Of a stretch of DNA of 64,000 nucleotides, positions 48,201 through 63,200 are shown piece by piece. Made by a program: the position numbers and the translations under genes. The DNA comes from Tubulanus polymorphus. Lineage: Eukaryota; Animalia; Nemertea. The first letter of the stretch is position 1. Each line of letters opens with the position of its first letter. The notes under the pieces were generated by a model. It did no database searches and was not told the origin of the DNA. It saw only the letters and a list, made by a program, of their open reading frames with translations. The stretch lies in NCBI RefSeq assembly GCF_964204645.1, contig NC_134035.1:5270001-5334000 (forward strand), written 5' to 3'.

Positions 48201-51200
48201 TCAGGGCGATATGGAGCCACAAAATTCTGGATCTTTCGACCAATGTATTAAAAATCAGTTCAAAACAACCTACCCAAATAGTACAATTGAATTCAGCATC
48301 TTCAGGATGATATGAAGCGTCAAAAATCTAAATCTTTCAACCAATCTGCTGAAAATCAGTTCAGTACACCCAACCCTTATATGACAATTCAATACAGCAT
48401 CTTCAGGACGTTATGGAGCCACAAAATTCTGGTTCTTTCGACCAATCTATTGAAAATCAGTTCAATACACCCTACCCATATAGGGCAATTGAATTCAGCA
48501 TCTTCAGGACAATATGAAGCCTCAAAATCCTGGATCTTTCAACCAATCTACTGAAAATCATTTCAGTACACCCAACCCTTATATGACAATTCAATACGGC
48601 ATCTTCAGGACGATATGATGCCCCAAAATCCTGGATCTTTCAACCAATCTACTGAAAAACAGTTCAGTACACCCAACCCTTATATGACAACTGAATACAG
48701 CATCTTCAGGACGATATGGAGCCACAAAATTCTGGAACTTTCGACCAATGTATTGAAAATCAGTTCATTACACCCTACCCATATATGACAATTGAATACA
48801 GCATCTTCAGGCCGATATGAAGCCTATAAAATCTAGATCTTTCAACCAATCTACTGAAAATCAGTGCAGTACACCCAACCATTATATGAAAATTGAAAAC
48901 AGCATCTTCAGGACGATATGGAGCCACAAAATTCTGGATCTTTTGACCAATCTATTGAAAATCAGTTCATTACCCCCTACCCTTATATGACAATTCAATA
49001 CAGCATCCTCAGGACGATATGGAGCTACAAAATCCTGGATCTTTTGACCAATCTATTGAAAATCAGTTCATTACCCCCTACCCATATATGACAATTGAAT
49101 ACAGCATCTTCAGGACGATATGAAGCCTATAAAATCTAGATCTTTCAGCCAATCTACTGAAAAACAGTTCAGTACACCCAACCCTTATATGACAACTGAA
49201 TACAGCATCTTCACGACGATATGGAGCCACAAAATCCTGGATCTTTTGACCAATCTATTGAAAATCAGTTCATTACCCCCTACCCTTATATGACAATTCA
49301 ATACAGCATCCTCAGGACGATATGGAGCCACAAAATTCTGGATCTTTCGACCAATCTATTGAAAATCAGTTCATTACCCCCTACCCATATATGAAAATTG
49401 AATACAGCATCTTCAGGACGATATGAAGCCCATAAAATCTAGATCTTTCAACCAATCTACTGAAAATCAGTGCAGTACACCCAACCCTTATATAACAATT
49501 GAATACAGCATCTTCAGGACGATATGGAGCCATAAAATTCTGGATCTTTCGACCAATTTATTGTAAATTAGTTCAGTACACCCTACCCTTAAATAACAAT
49601 TGAATACAGCATCTTCAGGACGATATGGAGCCACAAAATCCAGGATCTTTTGACCAATCTATTGAAAATCAGTTCATTACACCCTACCCATATATGACAA
49701 TTGAATACAGCATCTTCAGGACGATATGAAGCCCCAAAAATCTAGATCTTTCAACCAATCTGCTGAAAATCAGTTCAGTACACCCAACCCTTACATGACA
49801 ACTGAATACAGCATCTTCAGGACGATATGGAGCCACAAAATTCTGGATCTTTCGACCAATGTATTAAAAATCAGTTCAATACAACCTACCCAAATAGGAC
49901 AATAGAATTCAGCATCTTCAGGACGATATGAAGCCACAAAGCGCTGCATCTTTCAACCAATCTGCTGAAAATCAGTTCAGTACACCCAACCTTTGTATGT
50001 CAATTCAATACAGCATCTTCAGGACAATATGATTCCCCAAAATCCTGGATCTTTCGACCAATCTATTGAAAATCAGTTCCTTACACTCTACCCTTATATG
50101 ACAATTCAATACAGCATCATCAGGACGATATGATGCCCCAAAATCTTGGATCTTTTGACCAATCTACTGAAAATCAGTGCAGTACATCCAACCCTTATAT
50201 GACAATTGAATACAGCATCTTCAGGATGATATGGAGCCACAAAATTCTGGATCTTTCGACCAATTTATTGAAAATTAGTTCAGTACACCTTACCCTTATA
50301 TAACAATTGAATACAGCATCTTCAGGGCGATATGGAGCCACAAAATTCTGGATCTTTCGACCAATGTATTAAAAATCAGTTCAAAACAACCTACCCAAAT
50401 AGGACAATTGAATTCTGCATCTTCAGGATGATATGAAGCCTCAAAAATCTAAATCTTTCAACCAATCTGCTGAAAATCAGTTCAGTACACCCAACCCTTA
50501 TATGACAACTGAATACAGCATCTTCAGGACAATATGGAGCCACAAAATTCTGGATCATTCGACCAATCTATTCAAAATCAGTTCAATACATCCTACCCAT
50601 ATAGGACAATTGAATTCAGCATCTTCAGGACGATATGAAGCCTCAAAGATCTAGATCTTTTGACCAATCTACTGAAAATCAGTTCAGTACACCCAAACCT
50701 TGTATGTCAATTCAATACAGCATCTTCAGGACGATATGATTCCCCAAAATCCTGGATCTTTCGACCAATCTATTGAAAATCAGTTCCTTACACTCTACCC
50801 TTATATGACAATTCAATACAGCATCTTCAGGACGATATGATGCCCCAAAATCTAGGATCTTTTGACCAATCTACTGAAAAACAGTGCAGAACATCCAACC
50901 CTTATATGACAATTGAATACAGCATCTTCAGGACGATATGGAGCCACAAAATTCTGGATCTTTCGACCAATGTATTGAAAATCTGTTCAATACACCCTAC
51001 CCATATATGACAATTGAATACAGCATCTTCAGGGCGATATGAAGCCTATAAAATCTAGATCATTCAACCAATCTACTGAAAATCAGTGCAGTACACCCAA
51101 CCCTTATATGAAAATTGAAAAAAGGATCTTCAGGACGATGTGGAGCCACAAAATTCTGGATCTTTCGACCAATCTATTGAAAATTAGTTCAGTACACCCA

Positions 51201-54200
51201 ACCCTTATATGACAACTGAATACAGCATCTTCAGGACGATATGATGCCCCAAAATCCTTGATCTTTCAACCAATCTACTGAAAAACAGTTCAGTACACCC
51301 AACCCTTATATGACAACTGAATACAGCATCTTCAGGACGATATGGAGCCACAAAATTCTGGATCTTTCGACCAATGTATTGAAAATCAGTTCATTACACC
51401 CTACCCATATTTGACAATTGAATACAGCATCTTCAGGACGATATGAAGCCTATAAAATCTAGATCTTTGAACCAATCTACTGAAAATCGGTGAAGTACAC
51501 CCAACCCTTATATGACAATTGAAAACAGCATCTTCAGGACGATATGGAGCCTCGAAATTCTGGATCTTTCGACCAATCTATTGAAAATTAGTTCAGTACA
51601 CCCAACCCTTATATGACATTGAATACAGCATCTTCAGGACGATATGGAGCCACAAAATTCTGGATCATTCGACCAATGTATTGAAAATCACTTCAATACA
51701 CCCTACCCATATAGGACAATTGAATTCAGCATCTTCAGGACGATATGAAGCCACAAAGCGCTGGATCTTTCAACCAATCTGCTGAAAATCAGTTCAGTAC
51801 ACCCAACCCTTATATGACAATTCAATACAGCATCTTCAGGACGATATGATGCCCCAAAATCCTGGATCTTTTGACCAATCTATTGAAAATCAGTTCATTA
51901 CACCCTACCCTTATATGACAACTGAATACAGCATCATCAGGACGATATTAGGCCTATAAAATCTAGATCTTTGAACCAATCTACTGAAAATCAGCGCAGT
52001 ACACCCAACCCTTATGTGACAATTGAAAACAGCATCTTCAGGACGATATGGAGCCACAAAATTCTGGATCTTTCGACCAATCTATTGAAAATTAGTTCAG
52101 TACACCCAACCCTTACATGACACCTGAATACAGCATCTTCAGGACGATATGGAGCCACAAAATTCTGGATCTTTCGACCAATGTATTTAAAATCAGTTCA
52201 ATACAACCTACCCAAATAGGACAATTGAATTCAGCATCTTCAGGACGATATGAAGCCACAAAGCGCTGGATCTTTCAACCAATCTGCTGAAAATCAGTTC
52301 AGTACACCCAACCCTTATATGACAATTCAATACAGCATCTTCAGGACGATATGGAGCGACAAAATTCTGGATCTTTCGACCAATCTACTGAAAATCACTT
52401 CAGTACACCCAACCCTTATATGACAATTCAATACAGCATCTTCAGGACGATATGATGCCCCAAAATCCTGGATCTTTCAACCAATCTACTGAAAAACAGT
52501 TCAGTACACCCAACCCTTATATGACGACTGAATACAGCATCTTCAGGACGATATGGAGCCAAAAAATTCTGGAACTTTCGACCAATGTATTGAAAATCAG
52601 TTCATTACACCCTACCCATATATGACAATTGAATACAGCATCTTCAGGCCGATATGAAGCCTTTAAAATCTAGATCTTTCAACCAATCTACTGAAAATCA
52701 GTGCAGTACACCCAACCATTATATGAAAATTGAAAACAGCATCTTCAGGACGATATGGAGCCACAAAATTCTGGATCTTTTGACCAATCTATTGAAAATC
52801 AGTTCATTACCCCCTACCTTTATATGACAATTCAATACAGCATCCTCAGGACGATATGGAGCCACAAAATCCTGGATCTTTTGACCAATCTATTGAAAAT
52901 CAGTTCATTACCCCCTACCCATATATGACAATTGAATACAGCATCTTCAGGACGATACGAAGCCTATAAAATCTAGATCTTTCAGCCAATCTACTGAAAA
53001 ACAGTTCAGTACACCCAACCCTTATATGACAACTGATTACAGCATCTTCAGGACGATATGGAGCCACAAAATCCTGGATCTTTTGACCAATCTATTGAAA
53101 ATCAGTTCATTACCCCCTACCCTTATATGACAATTCAATACAGCATCCTCAGGACGATATGGAGCCACAAAATTCTGGATCTTTCGACCAATCTATTGAA
53201 AATCAGTTCATTACCCCCTACCCATATATGACAATTGAATACAGCATCTTCAGGACGATATGAAGCCCATAAAATCTAGATCTTTCAACCAATCTACTGA
53301 AAATCAGTGCAGTACACCCAACCCTTATATGACAATTCAATACAGCATCTTCAGGACGATATGGAGCGACAAAATTCTGGATCTTTATCAATCTATTGAA
53401 AATTAGTTCAGTACACCCAACCCTTATATGACAATTGAATACAGCATCTTCAGGACGATATGGAGCCACAAAATTCTGGATCATTCGACCAATGTATTGA
53501 AAATCACTTCAATACACCCTACCCATATAAGACAATTGAATTCAGCATCTTCAGGACGATATGAAGCCTAAAAAATATAGATCTTTCAACCAATCTACTG
53601 AAAATCAGTTCAGTACACCCAACCCTTATATGACAATTCAATACAGTATCTTCAGGACGATAAGGAGCCCCAAAATTCTGGATCTTTCGACCAATCTATT
53701 GAAAATTAGTTCAGTACACCCAACCCTTATATGACAACTGAATACAGCATCTTCAGGACAATATGGAGCCACAAAATTCTGGATCATTCGACCAATGTAT
53801 TCAAAATCAGTTCAATACATCCTACCCATATAGGACAATTGAATTAAGCATCTTCAGGACGATATGAAGCCTCAAAGATCTAGATCTTTTGACCAATCTA
53901 CTGAAAATCAGTTCAGTACACCCAAACCTTGTATGTCAATTCAATACAGCATCTTCAGGACGATATGATTCCCCAAAATCCTGGATCTTTCGACCAATCT
54001 ATTGAAAATCAGTTCCTTACACTCTACCCTTATATGACAATTCAATACAGCATCTTCAGGACGATATGATGCCCCAAAATCTAGGATCTTTTGACCAATC
54101 TACTGAAAAACAGTGCAGAACATCCAACCCTTATATGACAATTGAATACAGCATCTTCAGGACGATATGGAGCCACAAAATTCTGGATCTTTCGACCAAT

Positions 54201-57200
54201 GTATTGAAAATCTGTTCAATACACCCTACCCATATATGACAATTGAATACAGCATCTTCAGGGCGATATGAAGCCTATAAAATCTAGATCATTCAACCAA
54301 TCTACTGAAAATCAGTGCAGTACACCCAACCCTTATATGACAATTGAAAAAAGCATCTTCAGGACGATGTGGAGCCACAAAATTCTGGATCTTTCGACCA
54401 ATCTATTGAAAATTAGTTCAGTACACCCAACCCTTATATGACAACTGAATACAGCATCTTCAGGACGATATGATGCCCCAAAATCCTGGATCTTTCAACC
54501 AATCTACTGAAAAACAGTTCAGTACACCCAACCCTTATATGACAACTGAATACAGCATCTTCAGGACGATATGGAGCCACAAAATTCTGGATCTTTCGAC
54601 CAATGTTTTGAAAATCAGTTCATTACACCCTACCCATATTTGACAATTGAATACAGCATCTTCAGGACGATATGAAGCCTATAAAATCTAGATCTTTGAA
54701 CCAATCTACTGAAAATCGGTGAAGTACACCCAACCCTTATATGACAATTGAAAACAGCATCTTCAGGACGATATGGAGCCTCAAAATTCTGGATCTTTCG
54801 ACCAATCTATTGAAAATTAGTTCAGTACACCCAACCCTTATATGACATTGAATACAGCATCTTCAGGACGATATGGAGCCACAAAATTCTGGATCATTCG
54901 ACCAATGTATTGAAAATCACTTCAATACACCCTACCCATATAGGACAATTGAATTCAGCATCTTCAGGACGATATGAAGCCACAAAGCGCTGGATCTTTC
55001 AACCAATCTGCTGAAAATCAGTTCAGTACACCCAACCCTTATATGACAATTCAATACAGCATCTTCAGGACGATATGATGCCCCAAAATCCTGGATCTTT
55101 TGACCAATCTATTGAAAATCAGTTCATTACACCCTACCCTTATATGACAACTGAAAACAGCATCTTCAGGACGATATTAGGCCTATAAAATCTAGATCTT
55201 TCAACCAATCTACTGAAAATCAGCGCAGTACACCCAACCCTTATGTGACAATTGAAAACAGCATCTTCAGGACGATATGGAGCCACAAAATTCTGGATCT
55301 TTCGACCAATCTATTGAAAATTAGTTCAGTACACCCAACCCTTACATGACACCTGATTACAGCATCTTCAGGACGATATGGAGCCACAAAATTCTGGATC
55401 TTTCGACCAATGTATTTAAAATCAGTTCAATACAACCTACCCAAATAGGACAATTGAATTCAGCATCTTCAGGACGATATGAAGCCTATAAAATATAGAT
55501 CTTTCAACCAATCTACTGAAAATCAGTCCAGTACACCCAACCCTTATATGACAATTCAATACAGCATCTTCAGGACGATATGGAGCCCCAAAATTCTGGA
55601 TCTATCGACCAATCTATTGAAAATTAGTTCAACACACCCAACCCTTATATGACAACTGAATACAGCATCTTCAGGACGATATGGAGCCACAAAATTCTGG
55701 ATCATTCGAACAATGTATTGAAAATCAGTTCATTACACCCTACCCATATATGACAATTGAATACAGCATCTTCAGGCCGATATGAAGCCTATAAAATCTA
55801 GATCTTTCAACCAATCTACTTAAATTCAGTGCAGTTCACCCAACCCATATATGAAAATTAAAAACAGCATCTTCAGGACGATATGGAGCGACAAAATTCT
55901 GGATCTTTCGACCAATCTATTGAAAATTAGTTCAGTACACCCAACCCTTATATGACAATTGAATACAGCATCTTCAGGACGATATGGAGCCACAAAATTC
56001 TGGATCATTCGACCAATATATTGAAAATCACTTCAATACACCCTACCCATATAGGACAATTGAATTCAGCATCTTCAAGACGATATGAAGCCTAAAAAAT
56101 ATAGATCTTTCAACCAATCTACTGAAAATCAGTTCAGTACACCCAACCCTTATATGACAATTCAATACAGTATCTTCAGGACGATAAGGAGCCCCAAAAT
56201 TCTGGATCTTTCAACCAATCTATTGAAAATTAGTTCAGTACACCCAACCCTTATATGACAACTGAATACAGCATCTTCAGGACAATATGGAGCCACAAAA
56301 TTCTGGATCATTCGACCAATGTATTGAAAATAAGTTCAATACATCCTACCCATATAGGACAATTGAATTCAGCATCTTCAGGACGATATGAAGCCTAAAA
56401 AATCTAAATCTTTCAACCAATGTGCTGAAAATCAGTTCAGTACACCCAACCCTTATATGACAATTCAATACAGCATCTTCAGGACGTTATGGAGCCACAA
56501 AATTCTGGTTCTTTCGACCAATCTATTGAAAATCAGTTCAATACACCCTACCCATATAGGACAATTGAATTCAGCATCTTCAGGACGATATGAAGCCTCA
56601 AAAACCTAGATCTTTCAACCAATCTACTGAAAATCACTTCAGTACACCCAACCCTTATATGACAATTCAATAAAGCATCTTCAGATATGATGCCCCAAAA
56701 TCCTGGATCTTTCAACCAATCTACTGAAAAACAGTTCAGTACACCCAACCCTTACATGACAACTGAATACAGCATCTTCAGGACGATATGGAGCCATAAA
56801 ATTCTGGATCTTTCGACCAATCTATTGTAAATTAGTTCAGTACACCCTACCCTTATATAACAATTGAATACAGCATCTTCAGGACGATATGATGCCCCAA
56901 AAGCCTGGATCTTTCGACCAATATATTGAAAATAAGTGCATTACACCCTACCCATATATGACAATTGAATTCAGCATCTTCAGGACGATATGAAGCCTCA
57001 AAAATCTAGATCTTTCAACCAATCTGCTGAAAATCAGTTCAGTACACCCAACCCTTATATGACAATTCAATACAGCATCTTCAGGACGATATGATGCCCC
57101 AAAATCCTTGATCTTTCAACCAATCTACTGAAAAACAGTTCAGTACACCCAACCCTTACATGACAACTGAATACAGCATCTTCAGGACGATATGGAGCCA

Positions 57201-60200
57201 CAAAATTCTGGATCTTTCGACCAATGTATCAAAAATCAGTTCAATACAACCTACCCAAATAGGACAATAGAATTCAGCATCTTCAGGACGATATGAAGCC
57301 ACAAAGCGCTGGATCTTTCAACCAATCTGCTGAAAATCAGTTCAGTACACCCAACCCTTATATGACAATTCAATACAGCATCTTCAGGACGATATGATGC
57401 CCCAAAATCCTTGATCTTTCAACCAATCTACTGAAAAACAGTTCAGTACACCCAACCCTTACATGACAACTGAATACAGCATCTTCAGGACGATATGGAG
57501 CCACAAAATTCTGGATCATTCGACCAATGTATTGAAAATCACTTCGATACACCCTACCCATATAGGACAATTGAATTCAGCATCTTCAGGACGATATGAA
57601 GCCTAAAAAATATAGATCTTTCAACCAATCTACTGAAAATCAGTTCAGTACACCCAACCCTTACATGACAACTGAATACAGCATCTTCAGGACGATATGG
57701 AGCCACAAAATTCTGGATCTTTCGACCAATGTATTAAAAATCAGTTCAATACAACCTACCCAAATAGGACAATAGAATTCAGCATCTTCAGGACGATATG
57801 GAGCCATAAAATTCTGGATCTTTCGACCAATCTATTGTAAATTAGTTCAGTACACCCTACCCTTATATGACAATTCAATACAGCATCTTCAGGACGATAT
57901 GGAGCGACAAAATTCTGGATCTTTCGACCAATCTATGGAAAATTAGTTCAGTACACCCAACCCTTACATGACAACTGAATACAGCATCTTCAGGACGATA
58001 TGGAGCCACAAAATTCTGGATCGTTCGACCAATGTATTAAAAATCAGTTCAAAACAACCTACCCAAATAGGACAATTGAATTCAACATCTTCAGGACGAT
58101 ATGAAGCCTAAAAAATCTAAATCTTTCAACCAATGTGTTGAAAATCAGTTCAGTACACCCAACCCTTATATGACAATTCAATACAGCATCTTCAGGACGT
58201 TATGGAGCCACAAAATTCTGGTTCTTTCGACCAATCTATTGAAAATAAGTTCAATACACCCTACCCATATAGGACAATTGAATTCAGCATCTTCAGGACG
58301 ATATGAAGCCACAAAGCGCTGGATCTTTCAACTAATGTATTGAAAATCAGTTCAGTAAACACCTACCCGATCTGTTGCAATCGAATACGACATCTTCTAG
58401 GCTGTATGTAGCCACAAAATTCTACATCATCCAACCGTTCTCTTGATACACAGTTCAATACAAAACCCATAGCATCTATAAAGATCAAATACATCATTTT
58501 CAGGACCATAGTAGTGAGAAAATCCAGTTCTAACAGCCCATCTATTGAAAATTAGTTCAATACACCCTACCCATATAGGACAAATGAATACAGCATCTTC
58601 AGGACAATATGAAGCCTAAAAAATATAGATCTTTCAACCAATCTACTGAAAATCAGTTCAGTACACCCAACCCTTATATGACAATTCAATACAGTATCTT
58701 CAGGACGATAAGGAGCCCCAAAATTCTGGATCTTTCGACCAATCTATTGAAAATTAGTTCAGTACACCCAACCCTTATATGTCAACTGAATACAGCATCT
58801 TCAGGACAATATGGAGTCACAAAATTCTGGATCATTCGACCAATGTATTGAAAATCAGTTCAATACATCCTACTCATATAGGACAATTGAATTCAGCATC
58901 TTCAGGACGATATGAAGCCTCAAAGATCTAGATCTTTTGACCAATCTACTGAAAATCAGTTCAGTACACCCAAACCTTGTATGTCAATTCAATACAGCAT
59001 CTTCAGGACGACATGATTCCCCAAAATCCTGGATCTTTCGACCAATCTATTGAAAATCAGTTCCTTACACTCTACCCTTATATGACAATTCAATACAGCA
59101 TCTTCAGGACGATATGATGCCCCAAAATCTAGGATCTTTTGACCAATCTACTGAAAATCAGTGCAGTACATCCAACCCTTATATGACAATTGAATACAGC
59201 ATCTTCAGGGCGATATGGAGCCACAAAATTCTGGATCTTTCGACCAATTTATTGAAAATTAGTTCAGTACACCTTACTCTTATATAACAATTGAATACAG
59301 CATCTTCAGGGCGATATGGAGCCACAAAATTCTGGATCTTTCGACCAATGTATTGAAAATCTGTTCAATACACCCTACCCATATATGACAATTGAATACA
59401 GCATCTTCAGGACGATATGAAGCCTAAAAAATATAGATCTTTCAACCAATCTACTGAAAATCAGTTCAGTACACCCAACCCTTATATGACAATTCAATAG
59501 AGTATCTTCAGGACGATATGGAGCCACAAAATTCTGGATCTTTCGACCAATGTATTGAAAATAAGTTCATTATACCCTAGCCATATATGACAATTGAATA
59601 CAGCATCTTCAGGACGATATGAAGCCTATAAAATCTAGATCTTTCAACCAATCTACTGAAAATCAGTGCAGTACACCCAACCCTTATATGACAATTGAAA
59701 ACAGCATCTTCAGGACGATATGGAGCCACAAAATTCTGGATTTTTCGACCAATGTATTGAAAATCACTTCAATACACCCTACCCATATAGGACAATTGAA
59801 TTCAGCATCTTCAGGACGATATGAAGCCTAAAAAATATAGATCTTTCAACCAATCTACTGAAAATCAGTTCAGTACACCCAACCCTTATATGTCAATTCA
59901 ATACAGTATCTTCAGAACGATAAGGAGCCCCAAAATTCTGGATCTTTCGACCAATCTATTGAAAATTAGTTCAATACACCCAACCCTTATATGACAATTG
60001 AATACAGCATCTTCAGGACAATATGGAGCCACAAAATTCTGGATCATTCGACCAATGTATTGAAAATCAGTTCAATACATCCTACCCATATAGGACAATT
60101 GAATTCAGCATCTTCAGGACGATATGAAGCCTCAAAGATCTAGATCTTTTGACCAATCTACTGAAAATCAGTTCAGTACACCCAAACCTTGTATGTCAAT

Positions 60201-63200
60201 TCAATACAGCATCTTCAGGACGATATGATTCCCCAAAATCCTGGATCTTTCGACCAATCTATTGAAAATCAGTTCCTTACACTCTACCCTTATATGCCAA
60301 TTCAATACAGCATCATCAGGACGATATGATGCCCCAAAATCTTGGATCTTTTGACCAATCTACTGAAAATCAGTGCAGTACATCCAACCCTTATATGACA
60401 ATTGAATACAGCATCTTCAGGATGATATGGAGCCTCAAAATTCTGGATCTTTCGACCAATTTATTGAAAATTAGTTCAGTACACCTTACCCTTATATAAC
60501 AATTGAATACAGCATCTTCAGGGCGATATGAAGCCTATAAAATCTAGATCTTTCAACCAATCTACTGAAAATCAGTGCAGTACACCCAACCCTTATACGA
60601 CAATTGAAAAAAGCATCTTCAGGACGATATGGAGCCACAAAATTCTGGATCTTTCGACCAATCTATTGAAAATCAGTTCAGTACACCCTACCCTTATATG
60701 ACAATTCAATACAGCATCCTCAGGACGATATGATGCCCCAAAATTCTGGATCATTCAACCAATGTATTGAAAATCAGTTCAATACACCCTACCCATATAG
60801 GACAATTGAATACAGCATCTTCAGGACGATATGAAGTCTCAAAAATCTAGATCTTTCAACCAATCTACTGAAAATCAGTGCAGTACAGCCAACCCTTATA
60901 GGACAATTGAAAACAGCATCTTCAGGACGATATGGAGCCATAAAATTCTGGATCTTTCGACCAATCTATTGTAAATTAGTTCAGTACACCCTACCCTTAT
61001 ATAACAATTGAATACAGCATCTTCAGACGATATGGAGCCACAAAATCCTGGATCTTTTGACCAATCTATTGAAAATCAGTTCATTACCTCCTACCCATAT
61101 ATGACAATTGAATACAGCATCTTCAGGACGATATGAAGCCTCAAAAATCTAGATCTTTCAACCGATCTGCTGAAAATCAGTTCAGTACACCCAACCCTTA
61201 TATGACAATTCAATACAGCATCTTCAGGACGATATGATGCCCCAAAATCCTTGATCTTTCAACCAATCTACTGAAAAACAGTTCAGTACACCCAACCCAT
61301 ATATGACAACTGAATACAGCATCTTCAGGACGATATGGAGCCACAAAATTCTGGATTTTTCGACCAATGTATTGAAAATCACTTCAATACACCCTACCCA
61401 TATAGGACAATTGAATTCAGCATCTTCAGGACGATATGAAGCCTAAAAAATATAGATCTTTCAACCAATCTACTGAAAATCAGTTCAGTACACCCAACCC
61501 TTATATGTCAATTCAATACAGTATCTTCAGAACGATAAGGAGCCCCAAAATTCTGGATCTTTCGACCAATCTATTGAAAATTAGTTCAATACACCCAACC
61601 CTTATATGACAATTGAATACAGCATCTTCAGGACAATATGGAGCCACAAAATTCTGGATCATTCGACCAATGTATTGAAAATCAGTTCAATACATCCTAC
61701 CCATATAGGACAATTGAATTCAGCATCTTCAGGACGATATGAAGCCTCAAAGATCTAGATCTTTTGACCAATCTACTGAAAATCAGTTCAGTACACCCAA
61801 ACCTTGTATGTCAATTCAATACAGCATCTTCAGGACGATATGATTCCCCAAAATCCTGGATCTTTCGACCAATCTATTGAAAATCAGTTCCTTACACTCT
61901 ACCCTTATATGCCAATTCAATACAGCATCATCAGGACGATATGATGCCCCAAAATCTTGGATCTTTTGACCAATCTACTGAAAATCAGTGCAGTACATCC
62001 AACCCTTATATGACAATTGAATACAGCATCTTCAGGATGATATGGAGCCTCAAAATTCTGGATCTTTCGACCAATTTATTGAAAATTAGTTCAGTACACC
62101 TTACCCTTATATAACAATTGAATACAGCATCTTCAGGGCGATATGAAGCCTATAAAATCTAGATCTTTCAACCAATCTACTGAAAATCAGTGCAGTACAC
62201 CCAACCCTTATACGACAATTGAAAAAAGCATCTTCAAACGATATGGAGCCACAAAATTCTGGATCTTTCGACCAATCTATTGAAAATCAGTTCAGTACAC
62301 CCTACCCTTATATGACAATTCAATACAGCATCCTCAGGACGATATGATGCCCCAAAATTCTGGATCATTCAACCAATGTATTGAAAATCAGTTCAATACA
62401 CCCTACCCATATAGGACAATTGAATACAGCATCTTCAGGACGATATGAAGCCTCAAAAATCTAGATCTTTCAACCAATCTACTGAAAATCAGTGCAGTAC
62501 AGCCAACCCTTATAGGACAATTGAAAACAGCATCTTCAGGACGATATGGAGCCATAAAATTCTGGATCTTTCGACCAATCTATTGTAAATTAGTTCAGTA
62601 CACCCTACCCTTATATAACAATTGAATACAGCATCTTCAGACGATATGGAGCCACAAAATCCTGGATCTTTTGACCAATCTATTGAAAATCAGTTCATTA
62701 CCTCCTACCCATATATGACAATTGAATACAGCATCTTCAGGACAATATGGAGCCACAAAAATCTAGATCTTTCAACCGATCTGCTGAAAATCAGTTCAGT
62801 ACACCCAACCTTTATATGACAATTCAATACAGCATCTTCAGGACGATATGATGCCCCAAAATCCTTGATCTTTCAACCAATCTACTGAAAAAAAGTTCAG
62901 TACACCCAACCCATATATGACAACTGAATACAGCATCTTCAGGACGATATGGAGCCACAAAATTCTGGATCTTTCGACCAATGCATTGAAAATCAGTTCA
63001 TTACACCCTACCCATATATGACAATTGAATACAGCATCTTCAGGGTGATATTAGGCCTATAAAATCTAGATCTTTCAACCAATCTGCTGAAAATCAGTTC
63101 AGTACACCCAACCCTTATATGACAATTCAATACAGAGTCTTCAGGACGATATGGAGCGACAAAATTCTGGATCTTTCGACCAATCTATTGAAAATTAGTT

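Noticed and set aside
39725-62819. Repeated 60-88 aa ORFs (MKPQKSKSFNQ..., MMPQNPGSF...)
   Set aside because: Chance read-through of 2-3 satellite monomers; a 101-bp period shifts frame and stops are frequent.
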